Source: Terriglobia bacterium (lineage in GTDB: Bacteria > Acidobacteriota > Terriglobia > 20CM-2-55-15). Taken from it: a DNA stretch of 64,000 nt. The stretch covers positions 96,001 to 160,000 of the forward strand of contig CBDCLE010000022.1 in assembly GCA_965218585.1 (NCBI GenBank), read 5' to 3'. The notes under the pieces were generated by a model. That model worked only from the letters and a program-made list of their open reading frames with translations, was not told the DNA's origin and made no database searches. The number at the start of each line of letters is the position of its first letter. Position 1 is the stretch's first letter. Positions 34,438 to 43,487 of the stretch are shown one piece after another. Made by a program: the position numbers and the translations under genes.

Positions 34438-34715
34438 CGTTTGACTCCTCTGATTCGTGAGATGAGCTTCGCGGTATCTTTATTAGAGGCTATACCGCAA
34501 CGTTATCCACGAGCTTACCTGGGTGCAGCTTCCAGGCCAAAGATTTTTTGGGGGTTTTGGCGTGTTGCCTTGCGGGGCGTGAAGGGAAATGCGTCCCTGC
34601 AAGGCGGTAAACCATAGGAGAAAGCAGGGACGCTCCCTCTACCTACTAGATCGGACGCCGGCCGTCGAACTTTAGTGCCTTCTGCAGTTTCGAATTGAGT
34701 CGGAGCAAGTCCCGC

Positions 34716-34745
34716 AAAGCAAAGAAGCCCGAGATTCTCTCGGGC
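34716..34745 (-). terminator. Intrinsic terminator after tRNA-Lys
   Basis: GCCCGAGA-GAA-TCTCGGGC hairpin followed by TTCTTTGCTTT on the minus strand. Confidence 0.6.
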
Positions 34746-34765
34746 CAATTCATTGGGAGATCAAG

Positions 34766-34838
<73 letters not shown>

Positions 34839-35029
34839 TAGCTTTTCGAGATCCGGCCAATAATAGCAAACGATTCTGGGCCGGGGAAGAGACGAGGTGA
34901 GTCGAATTTGAGCTGCAGAAGGGATAGAACTTAAAGGCTTATAGGCAGGGTTTCACCGAATACGAAGCGCCGCGCGCCCCCTGACGATAGCTCGGCCAGC
35001 CGTCGTCAAACAACCCGCTCGACGACTCG

Positions 35030-35296
35030 CTATGCGTCCGTTTCAGAACTCTCTTCGGATTCTTCCGCCTTTTCTTCTGGCTCTTCCGGCATAAAAGGCT
35101 GCCACTCTTCCGGAACAGCCTGTGGTCCTGGCCGCATGCCCGCGATATCAGGATCCTCGCCGTCCAGGGACCGAGGGCCTGCGCTAGCCTTGCGTTCCTT
35201 GGATTCGAAGCGCCGCTGTTCCTTCTCACGCCTCCGTTCCTGGCGAGCCTTTTCCTTCAAGCGTTTCTGGAAGGTGGGTCTGGATTGTCTAGCCAT
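35030..35296 (-). CDS. Small charged hypothetical protein (basic N-terminus, acidic C-terminus)
   Basis: MARQSRPTFQKRLKEKARQERRREKEQRR...EDPDIAGMRPGPQ; GAGGAG SD and a sigma70-like promoter upstream. Confidence 0.7.
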   Translation of the reverse strand: MARQSRPTFQKRLKEKARQERRREKEQRRFESKERKASAGPRSLDGEDPDIAGMRPGPQAVPEEWQPFMPEEPEEKAEESEESSETDA

Positions 35297-35418
35297 AGAT
35301 TCCACTCCTCTGGATTCCCGCGAGCTCAAGCATGGGCTGCTCTCCACCGGGCGAACGCGAGAAAAAGAACTCCGTGCCGCCACTACCGGTCTGGATCCGC
35401 ACAGAGCTGTAACTATTC

Positions 35419-35448
35419 AATTTAAAGCTTCGAAACTCATATTGTCAA
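35419..35448 (-). promoter_or_regulatory. Sigma70-type promoter
   Basis: TTGACA (35448-35443), 18-bp spacer, TAAATT (35424-35419). Confidence 0.6.
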
Positions 35449-35568
35449 ACCGACGGGGCGGGAGTGGTCCTCTCTGGTGCGGATTGTCGATCGAGTGCGA
35501 TACAGACAGTTGCCCCTCTCACCCGCGACCCGAATGAGAGCACTTGTATCGATGATATCCTCCCGGAC

Positions 35569-36084
35569 ATGCGGGGCTTCCCCGAAAGGATCAAGAGCGC
35601 AATGCTCGTCAAAGTCGATCTCTACGAAGAGGTCGAGGCCGATACGTCAGCGACGAGGCAGGCGATGGCCGTAGTCGTTTTGGCGAGTGTAGCCGCCGGC
35701 ATCGGCATCGGTTTGCCTGACGGCATTCGGGGCCTCGTTGCCGGCACCGTCGGGGCGCTGCTCGGATGGCTGATATGGGCTGGCCTGACTCACCTGATCG
35801 GGACCCGCATTCTGCCCACGCCCCAGACCGAGAGTACACTGGGCCAGGTACTCCGAACGACAGGGTTTGCCGCCGCACCGGGCTTCTTTCGCGTCTTCTC
35901 TCTCATACCTGTTCTGGGACTGTTTATCGATTTTGCAGTCCTCGTGTGGATGCTTGTCGCCTTCGTGGTCGCAGTCCAGCAAGCCCTCGACTACACGAGC
36001 ACGTGGCGCGCCGTAGCTGTCTGTCTGACCGGGTGGATGTTCTACGTCTTTCTGGCCGTTCTGCTCGTTCCGAGTGTCGCCTGA
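35569..36084 (+). CDS. YIP1-family membrane protein
   Basis: LYEEVEADTSATRQAM, LRTTGFAAAPG and VQQALDYTSTWRAV; several TM helices. Confidence 0.8.
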   Translation: MRGFPERIKSAMLVKVDLYEEVEADTSATRQAMAVVVLASVAAGIGIGLPDGIRGLVAGTVGALLGWLIWAGLTHLIGTRILPTPQTESTLGQVLRTTGFAAAPGFFRVFSLIPVLGLFIDFAVLVWMLVAFVVAVQQALDYTSTWRAVAVCLTGWMFYVFLAVLLVPSVA

Positions 36085-36169
36085 TTTTCTTTCAGTTTTC
36101 CTAAAGTTTCTCCTACAGACGCCGATAAAGGTGTTAGACAGCGTGGAATTTGGCTTGAAGGGGAAAGCG

Positions 36170-36475
36170 ATGTATTCGGAACTTTATGGTGACTTCAAAA
36201 AACTACTGACACTCGGCGTGATGGGGCGTCAGATCGAAGTTCCGGAGAAGAACACGCTGTTAAGAGGCTTTCAGTACGCCTCTCCCGAAACGGTTTCCTA
36301 CGGTCGCTTCTGCTGGAACGGCACCTGCAAGAACTGCACGGTGACGATCCGGAAGGGAGAAGAAGAGACCAAGGGCCAGGCTTGTGTCACGGACGCCTGT
36401 GAAGATATGCAGGTTGTCCGTGTTTCGAAAGAACTTGTCAATCGACTGAAGACGATCGTAACTACTACTGCTTGA
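36170..36475 (+). CDS. Small 2Fe-2S ferredoxin-like protein
   Basis: CWNGTCKNC...QAC cysteine pattern. Confidence 0.72.
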   Translation: MYSELYGDFKKLLTLGVMGRQIEVPEKNTLLRGFQYASPETVSYGRFCWNGTCKNCTVTIRKGEEETKGQACVTDACEDMQVVRVSKELVNRLKTIVTTTA

Positions 36476-36500
36476 ATATTCCTTCACCGTCCTGAAGGTG

Positions 36501-36531
36501 CGGCGGTCCGCAAGGGCCGCCGACTTTTTTT
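36501..36531 (+). terminator. Intrinsic terminator
   Basis: CGGCGGTCC-GCAA-GGGCCGCCG hairpin followed by a T7 run. Confidence 0.85.
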
Positions 36532-36792
36532 GTTACCATTCATTTAGCGTCGGGCCCACCGTCCCCCAGTAACCCGGAAATCAGAGAGTGCACTGACGTT
36601 TCTGAATTCCTGAAGCTATCGGGAGCGCAGGAGTTGGTCCGGTCCCCCCACGCCGTCCGATTAGCGTCGGGCCCACTGTCCCTGTTCTCAAGAAACATTT
36701 GATCTTCCTCTTCTTACCTTCGTTTCCATCGTGTCTTCGTGTTGAAGGATTGAGCCCCTTGGCTGACCCACCGCGCGTGATATCTTCAGACC

Positions 36793-38511
36793 GTGAAGAA
36801 CCTCGAGATCGCCTCCACATTCGGAAACATGGCCGACTTGCTTGAGATCAAAGGAGCCAATCCGTTTCGCGTACGTGCTTATCGAAACGCCCGGTCCAGT
36901 CTGGAAGACTTAACCGATAACATCGAGGAAATAGCCAAACGAGATTCGTTGAAGGATATCTCGGGAATCGGTAAAGACCTGGCTGCCAAGATCGTCGAAT
37001 ACATTCAGACGGGACGGATCCAGGCATTCGAGGACCTCAAGCAGGAACTCCCGATCGGGTTGGTGAATATCGTCAGCATCCCGACCATCGGTCCAAAGAC
37101 AGCTCGTACGATCTTTGATGAGACGGGTGTGTCCAGTGTTGAAGATCTGGAAAAACTTGCCGCGTCGGAAGAGCTCCTTTCGGTCCCGGGAATAAAAAAG
37201 AAGACTCTGGAGAATATCGTTCGGGGGATTGCTCTTTACAAGCGTCGAAAAGGTCTGTTTCTGCTCGGCCATGCACTGCCGGTGGCGAACGGTATTTGCG
37301 AGACTCTGGCCCCGATAACCGATCAGGTCGCCTATGCAGGCAGCCTCCGCCGCATGCGGGAAACCGTGCATGACGTCGACATCCTTGTTGCGTCGACCGA
37401 CCCGGGAAAGATCATGAAGGAATTTGTCTCCTTGCCCATGATCGAGCGGGTTTTGGTCAGCGGCGAAACCAAGACGTCGGTTCTCATCGCCGATGACCTG
37501 CAGGTCGACCTGCGCGTCGTGGAACCGGGTAGCTGGGGCGCTGCGCTTGCCTACTTTACAGGATCCAAGCAGCACAACATCCGGCTCCGGGAACGCGCAA
37601 TCAAACGCTCTCTCAAGTTAAACGAGTACGGGCTATACGACGCTGCCGACAAAGCCGTCGCTGGGCGCGATGAAGAGGAAATTTACAGGGCTCTGGATCT
37701 GCCATGGATACCTCCTGTGCTGCGAGAGGACCGAGGAGAGATTGAGGCGGCACTAGACGGGAATCTTCCCGAACTGGTCTCGTCTGACGACATTCAGGGC
37801 GATCTGCATATGCACACGACCTGGAGTGACGGTGCTCTTTCAACCGAAGCGATGGTGGAGGCCGCCCGTGGGCGCGGTTACAAATATGTTGCGATCACAG
37901 ACCACTCCAAGTCGTTAGGTGTTGCTGGGGGTCTCTCCAATGAAGACCTGCTGGAGCACGTAAAAGAGATCCATGAACTGGATGGTAAGCTCACAGATTT
38001 CCGAGTGCTTGCAGGCACTGAGGTGGATATCCGGGCAGACGGCACCCTGGATTATCCTGACGACATACTGGCCGAACTGGATTTCGTTGTCGCTTCGGTT
38101 CATTCCGGATTCCGACAGGATAAGGAGACTATGACGCGGCGTGTTGTGCACGCAATCCGGAATCCCCATGTTCGCGTGATCGGCCATCCAACCGGGCGCC
38201 TGATTGGAGACCGCGATTCATACGAACTGGACTTCGACGAGGTGATGAGCGAAGCGGCACGCACCGGTACGTGTCTTGAGGTCAATGCGCATTACCACCG
38301 TCTGGACCTCGGCGATGTGCTTTGCAGGAAGGCTCGCGAGGCCGGGGTGAAGGTTGTCATCAGTACGGATTCTCACAACGCCGAAAATCTCGAAAACCTT
38401 CCATATGGTGTTGCTACGGCCCAGAGGGGCTGGCTACGCAGGGACGACGTTCTGAACACTCAGCCAGTCGACGACGTTCTTCGTTTTAAAACCCAGCAGG
38501 GTGCTTCTTAG
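36793..38511 (+). CDS. polX: DNA polymerase/3'-5' exonuclease PolX with PHP domain
   Basis: GSLRR, DVDIL, YFTGSKQHN, HMHTTWSDG, TDHS and STDSH motifs. Confidence 0.94.
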   Translation: MKNLEIASTFGNMADLLEIKGANPFRVRAYRNARSSLEDLTDNIEEIAKRDSLKDISGIGKDLAAKIVEYIQTGRIQAFEDLKQELPIGLVNIVSIPTIGPKTARTIFDETGVSSVEDLEKLAASEELLSVPGIKKKTLENIVRGIALYKRRKGLFLLGHALPVANGICETLAPITDQVAYAGSLRRMRETVHDVDILVASTDPGKIMKEFVSLPMIERVLVSGETKTSVLIADDLQVDLRVVEPGSWGAALAYFTGSKQHNIRLRERAIKRSLKLNEYGLYDAADKAVAGRDEEEIYRALDLPWIPPVLREDRGEIEAALDGNLPELVSSDDIQGDLHMHTTWSDGALSTEAMVEAARGRGYKYVAITDHSKSLGVAGGLSNEDLLEHVKEIHELDGKLTDFRVLAGTEVDIRADGTLDYPDDILAELDFVVASVHSGFRQDKETMTRRVVHAIRNPHVRVIGHPTGRLIGDRDSYELDFDEVMSEAARTGTCLEVNAHYHRLDLGDVLCRKAREAGVKVVISTDSHNAENLENLPYGVATAQRGWLRRDDVLNTQPVDDVLRFKTQQGAS

Positions 38512-38516
38512 ATCCG

Positions 38517-39542
38517 GTGGACTCCACCGAGATCAAGGCGAAAGCCAGCGAACTTGGATTCGAGCTCGCCGGTGTTGCCCCGCTGGGCCCGTCGCCCGAA
38601 GCAGATTTTTACGCCAAATGGCTGGAGAATGGATACGCTGGTGAAATGCATTACCTCGAACGCGGCCGAGAGGCACGGCTCGATCCAGAACCACTGCTGC
38701 CAGGCGCCCGGTCGGTCGTTGTATGTGCGCTGAACTATCACACCGATCGACCTTTGACGTCCCGAGATCCCGAACGCGCATGGGTTTCCCGCTATGCCTG
38801 GGGCGCCGATTACCACAAGGTTCTCGAGAAGCGGCTAAAACGCCTCGCCAATTGGATCAGGGAGGAATCCGGATTGGGGACGCGGGTTTACGTCGACACC
38901 GGTCCGCTCCTGGAAAGGGTCTATGCCCGGTATGCCGGTGTCGGTTGGTTCGGCAAGAACACCTGCATCATAGACGAGCAGATCGGTTCGTGGACCTTTC
39001 TGGGTTGTATTTTGACCGAATTGGATCTCGATTACGATATCCCCGCACCGGACCGATGTGGAAGCTGTACCCGGTGTATCGATGCCTGCCCGACCGACGC
39101 CATCGTCGAACCCTATGTCATCGACAGCCGGAGGTGCATTTCATATCTGACGATCGAACTCGGTGGAGCCATACCGGAGTCTCTGAGAGAGGGAGTCGGC
39201 CACCATCTGTTCGGTTGCGATATCTGTCAGGACGTGTGTCCCTGGAACAAGCGTGCTCCATTCACCTCTGAAGAGAAACTGGAAGCGAGACCGGAGTTGT
39301 TCTGGCCGAGCCTGGACTACCTCCTGGATTTGGACGACGAAGGGTGGGGCAGTTTGATTAGCGGGACGGCAATGAAACGCGCGAAGATTCGCGGGTTGAT
39401 CCGCAACCTGATGGTCGTAGTCGGGAATTCGGGGTTGGGTAGATTTCGGACGAAAGTCGAAAGGTTCTTATCGCATTCCGATGAGCTGGTTCGGTCTCAT
39501 GCGAGATGGGCTTTCGAGAAGCTGGACAAGGCTGACAGTTGA
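38517..39542 (+). CDS. queG: Epoxyqueuosine reductase
   Basis: SRYAWGADYH, VDTGPLLER, CGSCTRCIDACPT and FGCDICQDVCPWN motifs. Confidence 0.95.
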   Translation: MDSTEIKAKASELGFELAGVAPLGPSPEADFYAKWLENGYAGEMHYLERGREARLDPEPLLPGARSVVVCALNYHTDRPLTSRDPERAWVSRYAWGADYHKVLEKRLKRLANWIREESGLGTRVYVDTGPLLERVYARYAGVGWFGKNTCIIDEQIGSWTFLGCILTELDLDYDIPAPDRCGSCTRCIDACPTDAIVEPYVIDSRRCISYLTIELGGAIPESLREGVGHHLFGCDICQDVCPWNKRAPFTSEEKLEARPELFWPSLDYLLDLDDEGWGSLISGTAMKRAKIRGLIRNLMVVVGNSGLGRFRTKVERFLSHSDELVRSHARWAFEKLDKADS

Positions 39543-39559
39543 CTGTTGACGGCTGACCG

Positions 39560-39958
39560 CTACTTCACGCGATCGTCGACCGACTTGTTATTCTCCATCT
39601 GGACAATCTTGCGTTCGGTGCGGAACATGAACTGGAAGATCATCTCGCGGTCCTTATAGTCGATGTCGGCAAACTCGACGCCGATTATCGGGTAGCTCAT
39701 CCACTTCACAACTGGATAGACGACCGGCATGCCGACTTCTGGCAGAACCAGGACAGCCGGTCCAAGAACCTGGCCTTTGTAGAACGTGTGGTAGTGATTC
39801 GCGGAGAAGAACCGGGCTCCACCGGCCCCGAGTTCGTCGACGATGGGATCGACGTTTTCCTCTTCGACACTGAAGAGAAGGTAGACCGGCTCAGCGGCGC
39901 CAACCGGCAATCGGAAAGCGGAGCGCTGTTTGCTATAGTCGGGGGCCGCGTTCTTCAT
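39560..39958 (-). CDS. PilZ-domain protein (putative c-di-GMP receptor)
   Basis: QRSAFR (RxxxR), ELGAGGARF (degenerate D/NxSxxG) and GVEFADI...REMI. Confidence 0.72.
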   Translation of the reverse strand: MKNAAPDYSKQRSAFRLPVGAAEPVYLLFSVEEENVDPIVDELGAGGARFFSANHYHTFYKGQVLGPAVLVLPEVGMPVVYPVVKWMSYPIIGVEFADIDYKDREMIFQFMFRTERKIVQMENNKSVDDRVK

Positions 39959-40001
39959 AATTGTTACTTCGGCGGATTCGGTTAGAATCTTTAGATATCT
40001 G

Positions 40002-41701
40002 ATGCGTCTATTCCTGATCGCCGCACTGCCTATAGCCTTCATTCTTTACGGCCATGGCCTCGAGGCGCCTTTCTATCTGGACGACAATGGAGTCCTCGAA
40101 ACTGCAAGAAACGGCGTCGGACTGACGGCCACGCGACCGTTGGGATATTTCTCATTTTATTTGAGTGCTTTAACGGCAGATGCGTTCGCGCTTTTGTCGC
40201 CTTGGCTGGCCAGTTTTTACTACAGGTTGGGTAATCTGCTGGTTCACGTCCTGGCGTCGACGGTTCTATTCGGCCTGACGCGCGAATTAACGCGCAACGT
40301 TTCTGCCGCGTACGCTGCAGGACTTTTGTTCTTAGTCCACCCGATTGTCAGTCAGCCGGTCATGTACGTGACCCAGCGTTTTGAGTCGCTTGCGGCACTT
40401 TTCATGTTCTCTTCGGCGGCCGCTTACGCCAGGTTCAGACGTACCGACGGGCGGCGATGGATTGCAGGCGCCGTAGTTCTCGGTGTCGCTGCAGGAATGA
40501 CCAAAGAGGTCGCCGTGGTCTTGCCCGCGTGGATCCTGCTTATGGAGTTCACCTACTTCAGTAAGTTGAAGTGGGACAGGCGTTTCCTGTTTTTGATTCC
40601 CGTAGGTGCCCTCCTTGCCTGGCCGGCCTGGACTGCCTTTCGGGGGTCGGCGAATACGCTGACGTCAATGCCTCTGGGACAGTATTGGTTGACGCAGGGC
40701 CTGGTTCTGCTGAAGCACCTCCAACTGGTTATCTACCCGGCCGAGCAATTCCTGTTCTACGACTTCCCGATGGCTACCGGATTGTCCTGGCCCCTGGTGG
40801 GTGCCTGGTCGGTCGTTTTATCGATTCTGGCTACCGGATTTCTATCACTCAACCGACACCCGACCCTAGGATTCGGCATCCTGACGTTCTTTGTCCTGAT
40901 GCTCCCTGTGACGCTGTTGCCGTTGCCGGATCTGTTCTTCGAACACCGGGTTTACGGGGCGTTCGGCGGATTTGCCATCGCACTAGGCTCTTTTGTATCG
41001 ATTCGACGGCGAAGGTTGATTGTGGCGATCGGAGTGGTGATAGTAGTCGCTTTAGGGATTCGGACTTTCGAACGCACTGGCGAGTGGAATGACGAAGTAG
41101 CCTTTTTTGAAGCTCACAGGCTCCGCTTTCCAGACGAACCACGCGTCTTGGCCTCCCTTGCGGTCAGCTACTACAACACGGGCGACGTTGTCCGTGCCCA
41201 AGAAACGATGGGGCAAGCACGGCTTCACGAAGGTCGATTTAACGCGTATTACTCGAAGAGCGGTCGTGTCGATATAGCGGCGAACCTTATTTCGTTTGCG
41301 GCGACGAATGAAGACTACGAAGGAGCAGGAAGGGAAGTCAGCCGCTCGCTCTCCATCCATCCGAACCACGCATCCTGGTGACAGCAGGGATCTATTATTT
41401 GGATGTCGATCAGCCGGAAAACGCCTTGGCAGCCTTCCGGCAACTAACAGAATTGGAACCGTCGGGAATCTCGGGCTGGTCCGGTCTCCGAGAGGCGAAC
41501 GCGAGACTTGGAAATACGGAAGCGGCCGAAGAAGCTCTCGTTCGGCTTTCAGCGCTCAGAGACGAACAGCTAGCCCGTTCGGATCAACGATGGCGCATAT
41601 CAGACCAGCACGGGGCTGCGGTGATTTTCATCATTCTTGCCGCCGGTCTTGGTTCGACTCTTGTCGCTCTGCGGTGGGTCTGGGTGTCGGTGAGACAGTG
41701 A
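40002..41701 (+). pseudogene. TMTC-like GT-C glycosyltransferase with TPR tail, copy 1, frameshifted near 41375
   Basis: PFYLDD, RPL, NLLVH, FLVHP, QRFE, TKE and EHRVY motifs; ORFs 40002-41381 and 41378-41701 together align to intact copy 2. Confidence 0.75.
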
Positions 41702-41768
41702 GCCCAATGGAATACGGATTGCCACAACGAGGAGGCGGCGTGAGGCGGTGGGTCGGAGGTGCAGCCTG

Positions 41769-43487
41769 ATGCGTCTCTTCTTGATTGCTGCACTCCCTAT
41801 TGCCTTCATTCTCTACGGCCATGGTCTCGAAGCGCCTTTCTATCTCGACGACAACACAGTCCTGGAAACTGCAAGAAACGGGATCGGATTAACGGGCACT
41901 CGGCCGTTGGGATATTTCTCGTTTTATTTGAGTGCATTAATGGCAGACGCGTTCGCGTTTTTGTCGCCTTGGCTGCCCAGCTTTTACTACAGGTTGGGTA
42001 ATCTGCTGGTTCACGTCCTGGCGTCCACGGTTCTGTTCGGCCTGACGCGGGAATTGACGCGCAACGTTTCAGCCGCCTACACCGCGGGTTTTTTATTCTT
42101 AGTCCACCCGATCGTCAGTCAGCCGGTCATGTACGTGACCCAGCGATTCGAGTCGCTTGCGGCGCTTTTCATGTTTTCTTCGGCCGCCGCTTACGCCAGG
42201 TTCAGGAGTACCGGCGGGCGGCGATGGATTGTGGGGGCCGTAGTCCTTGGTATCGCTGCGGGAATGACCAAGGAGATTGCGGTCGTCTTGCCCGCGTGGA
42301 TCCTCCTCATGGAGTTCACCTGCTTCAGTAAGTTGAAGTGGGACAGGCGCTTCCTGTTTCTGATTCCCGTGGGGGCCCTCCTCGCCTGGCCGGCCTGGAC
42401 AGCCTTTCGAGGCTCTGCGAATACGCTGACGTCCATACCCCTGGGGCAGTACTGGTCGACGCAAGGCCTGGTTCTGCTGAAACACCTCCAACTGGTTATC
42501 TATCCGGCCGAGCAATTCCTGTTCTATGATTTCCCGATGGCTACCGGATTGTCCTGGCCGCTGGTGGGTGCCTGGTCGGTGGTTTTGTCGCTTCTGGCTA
42601 CAGGATTTCTACTACTCAACCGATATTCAACTATAGGGTTTGGCATCCTGACGTTCTTTGTCCTGTTGCTCCCTGTAACGCTGTTGCCGTTGCCGGATTT
42701 GTTCTTTGAACACAGGGTTTACGGTGCGTTCGGCGGACTCGCCATGGCGATCGGATCGCTGGTGGCCTTGCGCCCACGGCCCCTGGTCGCGGTCATGACC
42801 CTCGCTTTGATGGTCGGATTGGGCGTGCGGACGTTCGAGCGAAGTGCAGAATGGAACTCGGAAATAAGGTTCTTTGAGGCCCATAGAGAACGCTTTCCGA
42901 ATCATCCCCACGCGCTGTCCTTTCTCGCGCTGCAATACGGAACGACCGGACAGATTCTGAGATCGATAGAAGTACTCGAACAGGCTCAACGAAACATTGG
43001 TCGTTTCAACGAGTACTATTCGGAGCCGGGCCGTCTTACGGTAGCACTCAATCTGGTGACCGCCCAGATCGCGATGGGTGACCTGGAGGCGGCCGGTGAA
43101 GCGCTGGAGCAGGTCCGGGACGTCGGTTCGGACGAGCCTGCGTTTCAACAGATGCAGGGCAACTGGTTTCTGGCCTCAGATGAGCCCGAGTTGGCTATCG
43201 AGGCCTTTCGGAGCCTGAACGAACTGGACCCGGAATCCCTCGCAGGATGGCGGGGACTCCAGATGGCCTATTTGCGACTCGAACGGCCGGACGAAGCTGC
43301 TCTGGCCGAAGATCGGTTGCAAGAGCGCCTGGATGTGCAGGACGCGCGTAATCAGGAGCGCTGGTTTATACCCGTGCGGTACGCGTCGCATGTAACGTTC
43401 GGAATTTTGTTGGTGGGGTTTGCTGTGACTTTTGTTTCATTGAAGTTCGTTTGGTCTGTTGCACGACAGGGATGGTCCGATGTCTGA
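41769..43487 (+). CDS. TMTC-like GT-C glycosyltransferase with TPR tail and C-terminal TM helix, copy 2
   Basis: Same motifs as copy 1 in an uninterrupted frame. Confidence 0.8.
   Translation: MRLFLIAALPIAFILYGHGLEAPFYLDDNTVLETARNGIGLTGTRPLGYFSFYLSALMADAFAFLSPWLPSFYYRLGNLLVHVLASTVLFGLTRELTRNVSAAYTAGFLFLVHPIVSQPVMYVTQRFESLAALFMFSSAAAYARFRSTGGRRWIVGAVVLGIAAGMTKEIAVVLPAWILLMEFTCFSKLKWDRRFLFLIPVGALLAWPAWTAFRGSANTLTSIPLGQYWSTQGLVLLKHLQLVIYPAEQFLFYDFPMATGLSWPLVGAWSVVLSLLATGFLLLNRYSTIGFGILTFFVLLLPVTLLPLPDLFFEHRVYGAFGGLAMAIGSLVALRPRPLVAVMTLALMVGLGVRTFERSAEWNSEIRFFEAHRERFPNHPHALSFLALQYGTTGQILRSIEVLEQAQRNIGRFNEYYSEPGRLTVALNLVTAQIAMGDLEAAGEALEQVRDVGSDEPAFQQMQGNWFLASDEPELAIEAFRSLNELDPESLAGWRGLQMAYLRLERPDEAALAEDRLQERLDVQDARNQERWFIPVRYASHVTFGILLVGFAVTFVSLKFVWSVARQGWSDV

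Noticed and set aside
34503-34511. DnaA box / replication origin
   Set aside because: A single 8-of-9 match (TTATCCACG) with no box cluster, AT-rich unwinding element or dnaA nearby.
36544-36682. CRISPR array
   Set aside because: Only two 22-bp copies with a 95-bp gap, and no cas genes.
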